A stretch of 63,654 bases of DNA, filler included, from Lama guanicoe (GCA_013239625.1; 144 parts of 144 records of this genome joined end to end with filler, not necessarily neighbours in it); one strand, 5' to 3'. Counted from the first letter of the whole stretch, positions 38,037 through 49,894 are shown. Program-made: numbers and translations. Notes: generated by a model from the letters alone, not told the origin.

Positions 38037-38378
38037 CTGGAATTTGACACAACATTGTAAACTGACTATAACTCAATAAAATAATGTTAAAAATAAATAA
38101 ATAAAAACGTTGGATATTAAAAAAAATACAAGCTAGTGAAGATAACAAAAAAGAAGCAGACTCATAGATACAGAGGACAAACTAGTGGCTACCAGTGGGG
38201 ACAGGGTTGGGAGAGGGGAATACAAGGGTAGGAGATTAAGAGGCACAAACGACTACGTATAAAACAAGCTATAAGGAAAAACTGTACCATGCAGGGAACA
38301 TAGCCAATATTTTATAATAACTATAAATGGAGTATAATCTTTAAAACTGAGAATCACTATTTGTACGCCTATAACATA
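38037..38378 (+). mobile_element. L1 3' terminus with A-rich tail followed by a second L1 3' UTR piece
   Basis: gacacaacattgtaaactgactataactcaataaa, then gaagcagactcatagatacagaggacaaactagtggctaccagtgggga ... aactataaatggagtataa. Confidence 0.85.
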
Positions 38379-38478
38379 NNNNNNNNNNNNNNNNNNNNNN
38401 NNNNNNNNNNNNNNNNNNNNNNTTAATTAATTAANNNNNNNNNNNNNNNNNNNNNNNNNNNNNNNNNNNNNNNNNNNN

Positions 38479-38810
38479 TGTAAGGATCTTGGCTTTAACG
38501 CTAGGTTGAATGGGAAGTCGTTACAATCATACTACCATCTCTCAGGTACTAAAAGGATCAGCCCAGCTGCTGCATTAAGAAGGGATGTGGGAGGGGCTGA
38601 GGTACGGTGAGGATTACTGCTAGGAAACTAATGTTATAGCCCACAGGGAGAGAATGGATGTTCAGACCAGGGTTATCGCAGCAGACCGGTCAGAGCTGAT
38701 TGAATTCTAGATAGAGTCTGAAGGTAGAGCCAACAAGGTTTACTGATGGACTAGATATGGGAAAGTGAAGTCAAGAAAAGAGTTAACCAGATTTTTGGCC
38801 TGAATAATTA
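38479..38810 (-). mobile_element. L2 LINE fragment
   Basis: tgtaaggatcttggcttt ... aaaaggatca ... tgaaggtagagccaacaaggtttactgatggactagatatgg. Confidence 0.75.
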
Positions 38811-38921
38811 AAAAAAAAAAANNNNNNNNNNNNNNNNNNNNNNNNNNNNNNNNNNNNNNNNNNNNTTAATTAATTAANNNNNNNNNNNNNNNNNNNNNNN
38901 NNNNNNNNNNNNNNNNNNNNN

Positions 38922-39264
38922 AGCGAAAAAGATCTTCTGCAACTGGAAACATAAAGAGGGAACCACAGCACGATGGTAGGAGGGGTGTGCTCACGGTATA
39001 ATTGGGCCCCAAACCCCCAGGGTGGGCAACCCACAAGCTGAAGATTTATTAAGTTGCAGAGACCCTCCCACAGGAGTGAGAGCTCTAAGCCCCAAGTCAG
39101 GCTCCCCAGCTTGGGTCCTGGCACTGGGAAGAGAAGCAGAGCCCAGGACATGTGGCTTTGAAGGCCAGAGGGGCTTGGGTCCGGGAACCCCACGGGACTG
39201 GGGGAAATGGAGACTCAGAGGCAGTGATTTCATAGGAACCTGGGTCAGACCTGCCTGCTGGATT
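38922..39264 (+). mobile_element. L1 5' UTR fragment
   Basis: aaagagggaaccacagcacgatggtaggagggg ... gggtgggcaacccacaagctgaag ... ccccaagtcaggctccccagc; overlaps 15024-15365 in homology. Confidence 0.7.
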
Positions 39265-39807
39265 NNNNNNNNNNNNNNNNNNNNNNNNNNNNNNNNNNNN
39301 NNNNNNNNTTAATTAATTAANNNNNNNNNNNNNNNNNNNNNNNNNNNNNNNNNNNNNNNNNNNNTTGCAATATTTATCATAGTAAAATTTTATTATTTAT
39401 TTTCTCATAGAATGTTTTACAGAATGACCACAGAGAATTCTTCTCTACTGAGATGATTCACGTAGACCAGCATATCTGTAAATGGTGGTAGTGAGGACTA
39501 CCATTCTTTCACTGGTTCAGTGTTACTAACTTCAGATTTTGAGATAAGAAAACTGACAATATAAATGCTTTAATAATATCTCCCAAGATTTACAAAATTT
39601 TATTTGCAATATTGCATACGTTATGAAGTGAGTATTCATTAACCATAACAATTTTCTTCAATAAATAGTAGGCAACTTTATTGATATTCTTTAAAAGAAG
39701 CTCACAANNNNNNNNNNNNNNNNNNNNNNNNNNNNNNNNNNNNNNNNNNNNTTAATTAATTAANNNNNNNNNNNNNNNNNNNNNNNNNNNNNNNNNNNNN
39801 NNNNNNN

Positions 39808-40150
39808 TTTTTTTTTTTACTTTTTTATTGAAATATAGTCAGTTTCCAATGTGTCAATTTCTGGTGTACTGCACATTGCTTCAGTCATACAAAAATATAC
39901 ATATATACATTTTCATATTCTTTTTCACCATATTCTACTACAAGAGACTGAATACAGTTCCCTGTGCTATACAGTGTAAATTTGTTTATCTATTTTAAAT
40001 ATACCAGTCAGTATCTGCAAATATCAAACTTCCAATTTATCCCTTCCCACCACTTTCCCCTCTGGTAACCATAAGTTTGTTTTCTATGTCTCTGAGTCTG
40101 CTTCTGTTTTATAAGTAAGTTCATTTGTCTTTTTTTTTTTTTAGATTCCA
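39808..40150 (-). mobile_element. L1 3' terminus with poly(A) tail (poly-T on + strand)
   Basis: T-tract, then tttattgaaatatagtcagtttccaatgtgtcaatttctggtgtac ... ctggtaaccataagtttgttttctatgtc ... ttagattcca. Confidence 0.9.
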
Positions 40151-40693
40151 NNNNNNNNNNNNNNNNNNNNNNNNNNNNNNNNNNNNNNNNNNNNTTAATT
40201 AATTAANNNNNNNNNNNNNNNNNNNNNNNNNNNNNNNNNNNNNNNNNNNNGTTAGCTGGGAGAAGCAATTACTGAAATAAACACAGCCTGTTTATTCGGT
40301 GAGTATTGACCGAGCACGGGAAATCTACAAGGCCAGTAAATGCCTGGCTTCTTTGTTGCACCTGAACTGAGTTCTGGGTATTGGACGGTGGAGCTCACCG
40401 TATCCAGTAGGTAGCAGTGTGTCTGGGGACGGGGAAGGAGGCTGGCTGCAAAGGGGCCTGATGGAGGTCTTCGGAGGGATGAGAGCATTTTATCTGCTCT
40501 CGGTGATAGTCCCACGACTGTATGCACATGTCAGAACGAATCCACTTGTACTTCATTACATGTAAAAATGCACTTTAATAAATCTTGGCATTTNNNNNNN
40601 NNNNNNNNNNNNNNNNNNNNNNNNNNNNNNNNNNNNNTTAATTAATTAANNNNNNNNNNNNNNNNNNNNNNNNNNNNNNNNNNNNNNNNNNNN

Positions 40694-41036
40694 TGCATTC
40701 GCACTGTTGTGCAGCCATCACCACCACCCATGCACAGAACTTCTCCATCTTCCCAAGCTCTTCCCCCGTTAAGCACTAACTCCCCCTCCCCCTCCCCTGG
40801 TGCCCACTGCTCTACTTTCTGTGTGTAAGGACGTGCTCCTCTGGGGACCTCATGTTAGTGGAATCATACAGGACTTCCCTTCTTGTGCCTGGCCTATTTC
40901 ACTGAGCATCACGTCTCCAGGTTCATCCGTGTTCAGCAGGTGTCACGGTTTCCTTCCTCTTCAGGCTTCACAACGATCCTGTTGTGTGGATGGACCACAT
41001 TTTGTTATCCATTTATCTGTCAGCGGACACTGGCTG
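40694..41036 (-). mobile_element. L1MB-like 3' UTR
   Basis: cattcgcactgttgtgcagccatcaccacc ... acctcatgttagtggaatcatacag ... accacattttgttatccatttatctgtc. Confidence 0.8.
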
Positions 41037-41155
41037 NNNNNNNNNNNNNNNNNNNNNNNNNNNNNNNNNNNNNNNNNNNNTTAATTAATTAANNNNNNNN
41101 NNNNNNNNNNNNNNNNNNNNNNNNNNNNNNNNNNNNCTGGGACAGTGAGGGGGCC

Positions 41156-41479
41156 CTATGGGGATGCAGCCCCAGGGTTGCAGGGGAGTAATGGAGACTG
41201 GGCCCCCAGGAGAGCATCAGCACCACAGCCTGAGCAGAAACCCTCCCCTGGGAGGCTCCCAGGCTCCTCCAGAGAAGAACTGTTAAGGGGCACAGGGAGC
41301 CCCTCAGACCCACCCGCCGTGGAGCAGACAGTCATGGACACATCTCCTGACATAAGCATGAAGTATGGAAAGAGGGCCCCAGAGAAGGAAGCCTGAGGGA
41401 AGGAGAAAATGTGGGAGCCATCAGTCATGTTATAGAAGGAGACATCCCCTTCCTCATGGTCCAGGAACACCCCCACCTT
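41156..41479 (-). CDS. Butyrophilin/BTN-like protein, end of B30.2 (PRY-SPRY) domain and C-terminal tail to stop
   Basis: [40 protein letters not shown] is the B30.2 signature (VGVFLDY..GDVSFYN..DGSHI). The frame is open to TAG at 41158-41156. Confidence 0.88.
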   Translation of the reverse strand, partial: KVGVFLDHEEGDVSFYNMTDGSHIFSFPQASFSGALFPYFMLMSGDVSMTVCSTAGGSEGLPVPLNSSSLEEPGSLPGEGFCSGCGADALLGAQSPLLPCNPGAASP

Positions 41480-42908
41480 NNNNNNNNNNNNNNNNNNNNN
41501 NNNNNNNNNNNNNNNNNNNNNNNTTAATTAATTAANNNNNNNNNNNNNNNNNNNNNNNNNNNNNNNNNNNNNNNNNNNNCTGAAAATACTGGCAAATGGT
41601 AGCCCCAAATTTTGTCTTTGCACCTAACGTTTACAAAGGCCTTGGCTCTCGTGTCGCTGTTATCCCCACAGTGTTTATCATGTCTGGTGTACTAGTTTAG
41701 ACCCTGTTTAGTGAGCGGGTGACTTCTATAAGAAAGATTTTTAAAAGAACACTCTAGGTGGGGACATTTGTAAGTTTGAAATGTCCCCACACATTTCATC
41801 ATTAAATACGTAACTAATGAAGTCAAGTTTCAAAAAGTTGGCCCTAATTTCTAGAATGGAAACAAAGCTACATTTAAAGAATTACGTATTGTTTTCCTTA
41901 TTTCTAACTCTAGGAAGTTGTGNNNNNNNNNNNNNNNNNNNNNNNNNNNNNNNNNNNNNNNNNNNNTTAATTAATTAANNNNNNNNNNNNNNNNNNNNNN
42001 NNNNNNNNNNNNNNNNNNNNNNTAGAAAGATTGAAAAACAGGAGCCCTGTCCTTAACTGGGCACTTCCTCCAGGCTGAGTGTTCCAGGCATTAAATCTGG
42101 AAGCCAGAGCTAGAACCCAGTGGCCCCAGCCCCTGCCTTCTCCACCTGGGAGACATAGGAGACTCCTTGCTCTGCCCGCCTGCAGCTCTGTGACCCTGGG
42201 TAAGTAGCTTACCCTCTTTACGTCTCAATTTTCCAACTTAAAAGATGGAAATGATAATACCTTCTTCCAGTGTGTTTTCACAGCCACGAGCAGACCCTAG
42301 TTTTCAAGGATTCTGTGGGTCCCCGGTTTTCCTGAGGTGTGGGAGCCCCTCCCACCAGGAGAAGGNNNNNNNNNNNNNNNNNNNNNNNNNNNNNNNNNNN
42401 NNNNNNNNNTTAATTAATTAANNNNNNNNNNNNNNNNNNNNNNNNNNNNNNNNNNNNNNNNNNNNGCCCCTGTTAAAGGGGGACCTTTGAAGTATTAATG
42501 TGATTGCGTAAGTAATGACATTTTTATGAGACACTATTAATATGCTTCTTATTGTTTAGAGATTATTCCTTTGAGGTTTTATTCACGTTGATTGTGGTAG
42601 TAGATAATGAAATTTACAAAGCTCGTGCATTGCAGCCCCGAGTCGGGAAGACTAAGAAGAGGAGACAGAATTAGGGGGGCAGGAAAGGAACCTTGAAACC
42701 CGGAGGGTTAGTTAGACTTGTCTCATTATAAATTGATAAATTCGCAAGGGGAGAAAAATCCAGAAACCGTAAGTCAGATGTGATCGCAGAAGCCCCGCGT
42801 GGTTAGTTNNNNNNNNNNNNNNNNNNNNNNNNNNNNNNNNNNNNNNNNNNNNTTAATTAATTAANNNNNNNNNNNNNNNNNNNNNNNNNNNNNNNNNNNN
42901 NNNNNNNN

Positions 42909-43251
42909 TGATATCAAAACCAGACGAAGACACTGCCAAAATAGAAAACTACAGGACGGTATCTTTGATGAAAAAAAGATGTAGAATTTCTCAACAAAAT
43001 ATTAGCAAACTGAATCCAACAACACATAAAAAATATCTTACACTGTGATCAAGTCGAATTAATCCCAGGGTCACAAGGATGGTTCAACATGTGTAAATCA
43101 ACCAATGTGATACACTACATCAACAGAAGGACAAAAGCCACATGATTTTCTCAGTAGATGTGGAAAAAAGCATTTGATAAAATTCAACTTCCATTTATGA
43201 TAAAAAACTCTTACCAAAATAAGTATAGAGGGAACATGTCTCAACATAATT
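42909..43251 (+). mobile_element. LINE-1 ORF2 reverse transcriptase fragment, degenerate
   Basis: Encodes [37 protein letters not shown] and AFDKIQ, with stops and frameshifts. Confidence 0.95.
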
Positions 43252-43959
43252 NNNNNNNNNNNNNNNNNNNNNNNNNNNNNNNNNNNNNNNNNNNNTTAAT
43301 TAATTAANNNNNNNNNNNNNNNNNNNNNNNNNNNNNNNNNNNNNNNNNNNNTGTGATGCCGGGGAGCGGGTTGGGTCGGGGGGGGGACAGGGCTGGGGCA
43401 CAGCCTCGGGCTTTCTTCCCCCTCTGGTGCTGGGGCTGGGGCCGCGAGTCCAGGTAGCCCTAGGTTGTAGTGGCCTCCCAGAACCCCCCGGGAAGGGCAG
43501 GCGGAGTACCCGTCTTAGATGAAGCGGGGCATTTCCCGGGCTTTGAAGAGCCCCAGAATCCGATGTTGGAATGGGGTGTTTTATCAGCCTTGTTTATCTG
43601 CAGGGAAATTTTAGTTCCACCCAGATGTTGGATCCTTCGATAAACCTCAGGAATAAGACACAAGGGTCAGTGCCGATTAGCAGTTATCTAGGGCNNNNNN
43701 NNNNNNNNNNNNNNNNNNNNNNNNNNNNNNNNNNNNNNTTAATTAATTAANNNNNNNNNNNNNNNNNNNNNNNNNNNNNNNNNNNNNNNNNNNNAAAAAA
43801 AAGAGAGCCCTTTATTGCCTTTCAAAATCTTCAGGAGAGTAACACGGCTGCTCTCTTAGCTTCCTTCCCATTCTATTAGTACATTTTATTTTCTCTAATA
43901 GGCTACAGAAACCAGTAATATGATGGGAAGTCATTAACACAATATAATCACAGCAGAAG

Positions 43960-44076
43960 ATCAAGCCCACCTCTCTCTTTTTGCATTGTCAAGTGTTTCA
44001 ATATTTTATTTTATAATGTGATGACCAGAACGGATCGTGGTAATCTAAGTGTGGATCTGACTAATGCATTGTATAA
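43960..44076 (-). mobile_element. Ancient CR1/L3-type LINE ORF2 remnant
   Basis: Minus strand reads LYNALVRS, then after a frameshift HLDYHDPFWSSHYK. Recalled CR1 motif: LYKALVRPHLEYCVQFWSPHYK. Confidence 0.6.
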
Positions 44077-44422
44077 TCAAGATTTTCTCTTAGATTAGGA
44101 TTCGTTTACACTCCTTTAGCTTGCCCCGTGTCACGGTNNNNNNNNNNNNNNNNNNNNNNNNNNNNNNNNNNNNNNNNNNNNTTAATTAATTAANNNNNNN
44201 NNNNNNNNNNNNNNNNNNNNNNNNNNNNNNNNNNNNNGATACTGCCAATAATACTCGTTTTAACTTGTCAGGCACAGAAGTAGAGATGGATAAAAGTCAA
44301 GTCAAGCTTATGTGGCTGGAAAGGGGAGCACTGAAGGAGGCAGCATCTGTCAAACTCCCACTCTTCTAGAGAGGTCTTCTTTTCAAGATCTGTGGATTTA
44401 CACGTATTACACGTAGCCATTC

Positions 44423-44580
44423 AACAGTTCTTACCCAAGGGTTGTATCAGAATCTCAAGGAAATCTTTCTAAATATCTGTGTCCAGGCCTTACTAGATTT
44501 ATTCAATCAAAATCTTCAGGGGAGAGCCTAGGCTTGTACATTTTTGTAAATGCTGCCAGGTGATTGTGGTTCACTGGCAC
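44423..44580. mobile_element. MER5-like hAT-Charlie DNA transposon
   Basis: cagttcttacccaagggttgtatcagaatc ... attcaatcaaaatcttcaggggagagcctaggc ... catttttgtaaatgctgccaggtgatt. Confidence 0.6.
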
Positions 44581-45323
44581 NNNNNNNNNNNNNNNNNNNN
44601 NNNNNNNNNNNNNNNNNNNNNNNNTTAATTAATTAANNNNNNNNNNNNNNNNNNNNNNNNNNNNNNNNNNNNNNNNNNNNCTAGATCTCTAATGCAAGTC
44701 AAGGTTAATTTTAAAATATTACTTAAACTGTAAGTTGTAGGAAGTAATTTAAAGAATCTGTGATCTGCCTTATATCTCCTTAAGCTCACATAACTGAACT
44801 TCCAAGTCTTATACTGCAGAATCATAGTCTTATAGATCTTGATTGCATTATGGTAATTGCATCCCTTTGGAATCCAGGATTGACTTGAAGGCAGAAACCA
44901 AATTGAATGCCAGTAATTTTGAAGATTTTATTATCCTTTTTTAGCCAAAAAGTCATACAGAAAATAATCTCCGTGGTATCTCACACCTGCCTCTGAATAG
45001 TAAATTATTAATCAAGACTTTTANNNNNNNNNNNNNNNNNNNNNNNNNNNNNNNNNNNNNNNNNNNNTTAATTAATTAANNNNNNNNNNNNNNNNNNNNN
45101 NNNNNNNNNNNNNNNNNNNNNNNTTAAGAATCAAGAATCTGTCTTTATAGTGCTTCAATGGAGTGTGACTTCAGAGCACAGGTGTAGGAGTTAAGACTCA
45201 CCAATGACTGACTGATTCATCAGCCAGGAGTGGAGACAAAGGCTATGTGTTTGGGGTCCAATGGTAACTCTGATCCTATCCAAGTCATGACACCACAACT
45301 GTTCAAGAAAACCAGAACTAGAC

Positions 45324-45466
45324 TGTAAAGTTGTAAAAATAGGTATTATTCAGGAACTATTGTAACAGGGCAAAAGAGACTTCAGTACATAACTTACTTA
45401 GCTCAGTTCCAAATACAACATGGATAAGAAAGGATTTATGGACGAGGAGTAGGGTGGAAGTCAGTG
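45324..45466. mobile_element. ERV1-type LTR end (MER31/MER67-like)
   Basis: tgtaaag ... attcaggaactattg ... aagagacttcagta ... gctcagttccaaatacaacatggataag ... ggagtagggtggaagtcagtg. Confidence 0.5.
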
Positions 45467-46074
45467 NNNNNNNNNNNNNNNNNNNNNNNNNNNNNNNNNN
45501 NNNNNNNNNNTTAATTAATTAANNNNNNNNNNNNNNNNNNNNNNNNNNNNNNNNNNNNNNNNNNNNCACCCCCCGGGGCTGCGCCAGGCGGAACATTTGA
45601 ATATATTTGCATCTCTAATTGCAAGGGGGGCAGGGAGAGGGGAGGAGAGCGTTTGTTTACTATTCCCTGAGCTTTGGATGAGAATTTAACTTTCTGTATC
45701 TCCATGCAGCTCCCGCATCGCCTCCTGTCTGGGAGCGAGGATGCAAAGCCAGACGTTTATGTGGGTGCTGACATGAAGGCCACATCACCGTCATCAGGGG
45801 TGTGCCAACCCAGACAGGCCAGCGGGACAGCTGGCACCCCTGCCCACTCCTCTTTTCTTCCCTGTCCCTCTCTGGAGAGCGTGTTCGTCGATGAAACAAT
45901 ACAGTCGACNNNNNNNNNNNNNNNNNNNNNNNNNNNNNNNNNNNNNNNNNNNNTTAATTAATTAANNNNNNNNNNNNNNNNNNNNNNNNNNNNNNNNNNN
46001 NNNNNNNNNGGGAAGAGCAGACAACAGTGACCTCAGTCAGCTCTCCTGGGCTCCATGCGTCGTGCCCAGCACCT

Positions 46075-46266
46075 CAGCGGCAGTAGCTCATTTACCCTCC
46101 CCGAGCCCGTGAGACAAGTGCCAGTGTAATCGCCCCCGCCTTACAGATGGGGAAACTGACTCTTGGGAAAGTTCAGTAAGTCGCCTGTTATCACAGATAA
46201 TAAGCCCAGCGCTTGGATTCAGTGCCAGGTCTAAGTGGCCTCAGGCCCGTGTGCTTAACCACCACC
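46075..46266 (-). mobile_element. MIR SINE
   Basis: ttacagatggggaaactgac (MIR core, antisense) ... gcccgtgtgcttaaccac. Confidence 0.8.
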
Positions 46267-47781
46267 TCTTAAATATTTGCTCTTCCTCTGGTGAGAAACA
46301 CTCACCATCTCCCTTGGGAACCGAAGAGCACTGTGATTACAAAGAGCCTCTGNNNNNNNNNNNNNNNNNNNNNNNNNNNNNNNNNNNNNNNNNNNNTTAA
46401 TTAATTAANNNNNNNNNNNNNNNNNNNNNNNNNNNNNNNNNNNNNNNNNNNNCTACAAATGGCCTTGAATGGAGTTATATTAAACACCGACCGTGAAAGA
46501 CAGGGAGAGAGTCATAATAAACCAAAGGGGCAACTGGACAAACAAAATAAAGGCAGTATTAAATGCTCTCAGTGAAGTCAGTCATGACACATTTGTCTAT
46601 TTATTCCTTCCATCTGTGAACTCATTATATTAAACTTTGAGAAGAATATTGGCTTATTTTGCCACACAGAATGAAGCACTTCACTGTTCTAATTATACAT
46701 CACCAGCTTCAGGGATTCTTAGGTTCTTTATAAGAAAAGATAATATATTTATGAGAAATGAATTACTTTGTTCAAAATTTCATGAAGTTACTTGANNNNN
46801 NNNNNNNNNNNNNNNNNNNNNNNNNNNNNNNNNNNNNNNTTAATTAATTAANNNNNNNNNNNNNNNNNNNNNNNNNNNNNNNNNNNNNNNNNNNNTTGGA
46901 ATGGTGGTCATGAAAGGATCAGAGAGAGGAGAGGAGGGCCAGCCGGCGCTAGTCCTCCTAAAAGAGAGTAATTATCAAATTACCAATAAGGGGGCTCCTC
47001 CACACCTTACAATTAAAAATGTTTGTCTAGAGTAAAAAGGACGCTTTACTGACTTCTGAGAATTAACGACTCTTCATCTTCCATCACTGGTTTTGTGTGC
47101 TCCATTAGCACTCACATTGACCAACAGTTATGCCAAAGGGACGTATAAACCACTCCTTTTAAGGTTAGTAATTGGAAAATACTAGACTATAAGGAGATTT
47201 TTCTCCCTGTGTGGGATTGTTATAAAATTTATATCTTANNNNNNNNNNNNNNNNNNNNNNNNNNNNNNNNNNNNNNNNNNNNTTAATTAATTAANNNNNN
47301 NNNNNNNNNNNNNNNNNNNNNNNNNNNNNNNNNNNNNNGAAGAAAAAGAGGAAAAAAGAATAGGCATAATAAATAGAAAACCAAAAACAGGTGATTCAAT
47401 TAAATTTGCCTGCCAATCGTAAAATTAAAGAAATTAATATTTTTGTTTACATGGTAGAATTTTTAATTAGACATCAATGTTTCATACAGATAGAAATTGT
47501 TTACAAAAACACAATTTAAATAAAGTTTGAAACAGAGACAGGGTGAAAATAAAAAGATGAATGAGATAAAATGAAAAGAGCTTGAGAAAGCTATAACTAA
47601 ATTAAAACATTAAGCTGCATTAACAGCAGACGAAGTAAACCTCAAGAGTAAGAGTACTACCAGAGTTATTTTTAAGTATGTNNNNNNNNNNNNNNNNNNN
47701 NNNNNNNNNNNNNNNNNNNNNNNNNTTAATTAATTAANNNNNNNNNNNNNNNNNNNNNNNNNNNNNNNNNNNNNNNNNNNN

Positions 47782-48124
47782 CTCACTGGCAAGGGCAGGC
47801 TCAGCTGGCACTGCCTGTTCCCCTTCGACTACCTGGCTGCCAAGGAAAAGACTGTCATCTCCAAGATGTAGTCCATGCTGTCCTGGGATGAGACCGAATA
47901 CAAGATCCCCGTGCGGCTCACTCTGCAGATCCGGGGTGCTGACCACTTCTCTGTGGATGGCTTCCTAGGTGTGGGGCTAGGGGACTGGGACTGGACGGGA
48001 GGGGGAAAGGGATGGGGGGCAGAGACAGAGTGAGCCCACCCCAGGTGGGGAGATCAATCAGACAGGATGTCAAAGCTGACTCTGAAGTTGCCACAGGGGC
48101 CATCAAGCTGGACTTGAACCAGTT
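47782..48124 (+). pseudogene. OTOF: Unprocessed otoferlin (OTOF) pseudogene fragment: exon 47782-47968, intron 47969-48096, exon 48097-48124 (C2F region)
   Basis: Translates [70 protein letters not shown] versus recalled [78 protein letters not shown] at 47869-47871; 128-bp GT..AG phase-1 intron. Confidence 0.9.
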
Positions 48125-48224
48125 NNNNNNNNNNNNNNNNNNNNNNNNNNNNNNNNNNNNNNNNNNNNTTAATTAATTAANNNNNNNNNNNNNNNNNNNN
48201 NNNNNNNNNNNNNNNNNNNNNNNN

Positions 48225-48565
48225 AAATAAGTTCATTTGTGTCATTTTTTTAGATTCCACATATAAGTGATATGGTATTTGTCTTTCTTTTCCTGACTTA
48301 ACTTCACTTAGATGATAATCTCTAGATCCATCCAAGTTGCTTCAAATGGCATTATTTCGTTCTTTTTTACGGATGAGCAGTATTTCATTGTGTATATATA
48401 CCACATCTTCTTTATCCAATCATCTGTTGATGGGCATTGAAGTTGCTTCCATATCTTCGCTATTGTAAATTGTGCTGCTATGACCATTGGGGTGCATGTA
48501 TCTTTTCGTGTTAGAATTTTCTCTGGATAAATGCCCAGGAGTGGGATTGCTGGATCATATGGTAA
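48225..48565 (-). mobile_element. L1 ORF2 end/3' UTR
   Basis: tagattccacatataagtgata, ataccacatcttctttatccaatcatctgttgatggg, atgcccaggagtgggattgctggatcatatggta. Confidence 0.92.
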
Positions 48566-49330
48566 NNNNNNNNNNNNNNNNNNNNNNNNNNNNNNNNNNN
48601 NNNNNNNNNTTAATTAATTAANNNNNNNNNNNNNNNNNNNNNNNNNNNNNNNNNNNNNNNNNNNNAGTGGGTTACAGCCATCATCTTTTGCTATTGACAC
48701 CTAGGAAAAAAAATTTTTTTCAGTTCCAAGAAGAAATAGTGATGGAAGAATTCATGTGGTTGTGTTTTTCCAGTTTGTGCAAGTATTTCTCTAACAAAAA
48801 CTCAAAAGCAAATCTCTAGAAATCTAAAACAGAAAAATGTAATGAAAATGCATTTTGGGAAAGCTAAATTATGTTTTCAACCTAATGCCTGCAATGTTTT
48901 ATCTTTTAACCTTAGGAAAATTTTACTAATCTTTTGGTGCCTTAAATTCTGTCTGGTCAAATAAGTTTTTAATCCCCCTTTTCCCTTGAAGACTATAGAT
49001 TTTTTTTTNNNNNNNNNNNNNNNNNNNNNNNNNNNNNNNNNNNNNNNNNNNNTTAATTAATTAANNNNNNNNNNNNNNNNNNNNNNNNNNNNNNNNNNNN
49101 NNNNNNNNAAGAGTCCCTCATATGCAACATTAAAAGGGACAAGTGCTAAGCACAGAGAGAGAGGAGTTAGGAAAGGGGTGTTGATTGCAATTTTCTCCCA
49201 AAGGTCCCAGGAGTTTGTCCTCATCCTCTTCTCTGACAGGGCAGGGAAGTGTCTGGAGCCCAGGATCTCAGCCAATGGACAGGCTCTGCACGGACACCTG
49301 ACAGCCCCTCCTCCTCCATGGTACTCATAC

Positions 49331-49450
49331 CTCCCGCTTCTTGGAAGAGACCACGAGCTCTAGAAAGGACACATTCTCTCCCCAGGAGTCGATCTCTGTG
49401 AGGTCGTAGAGGGTGGAGGTCAGCGGCCCGCACGTCCACTGGATGTGCTT
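49331..49450 (-). CDS. TRPV5: TRPV5 epithelial Ca2+ channel exon (ankyrin-to-TM linker), 5'-truncated by contig end
   Basis: [40 protein letters not shown]|gtatga. [14 protein letters not shown] fits TRPV5 rather than TRPV6 (DSSGDEQSLLELIITT). Not in the ORF track. Confidence 0.9.
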
Positions 49451-49551
49451 CNNNNNNNNNNNNNNNNNNNNNNNNNNNNNNNNNNNNNNNNNNNNTTAAT
49501 TAATTAANNNNNNNNNNNNNNNNNNNNNNNNNNNNNNNNNNNNNNNNNNNN

Positions 49552-49894
49552 GGAAATGGCCCCTCTTTCATTTCTAATATTTGTGTCTTCTCCCTTTTTT
49601 GTTGATTGGCATGGCTAGAGATCATCAATTTTATGGATCTTCTCAAAGAGCCAAATTTTGGTTTTGTCGAATCTCTTGTTTTCTCGTCTTTAATTTCATT
49701 GATTTGTGCTCTGACTTTTATTATTTATTTTCTTCTTCTTGCTTGAGGTTAGATCATTCTTCTTTCTCTACTTTTCTAAGGTGGAAGGTGGAAATTTAAA
49801 CTATTGATTTGGGATTGGTTTTCTTTTCTAATATACAAATTGAATCATACAAATTTCTCTCTAAATACTGCCTTTTCTGCATCCCACAAATTTT
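49552..49894 (-). mobile_element. L1M ORF2 fragment
   Basis: cccctctttcatttctaatatt ... atcaattttatggatcttctcaaagagcca ... aaatttctctctaaatactgccttttctgcatcccacaaatttt. Confidence 0.8.

Noticed and set aside
47734..48106. Minus-strand ORFs 47734-47946 and 47918-48106
   Set aside because: Antisense shadows of the plus-strand OTOF-like sequence.
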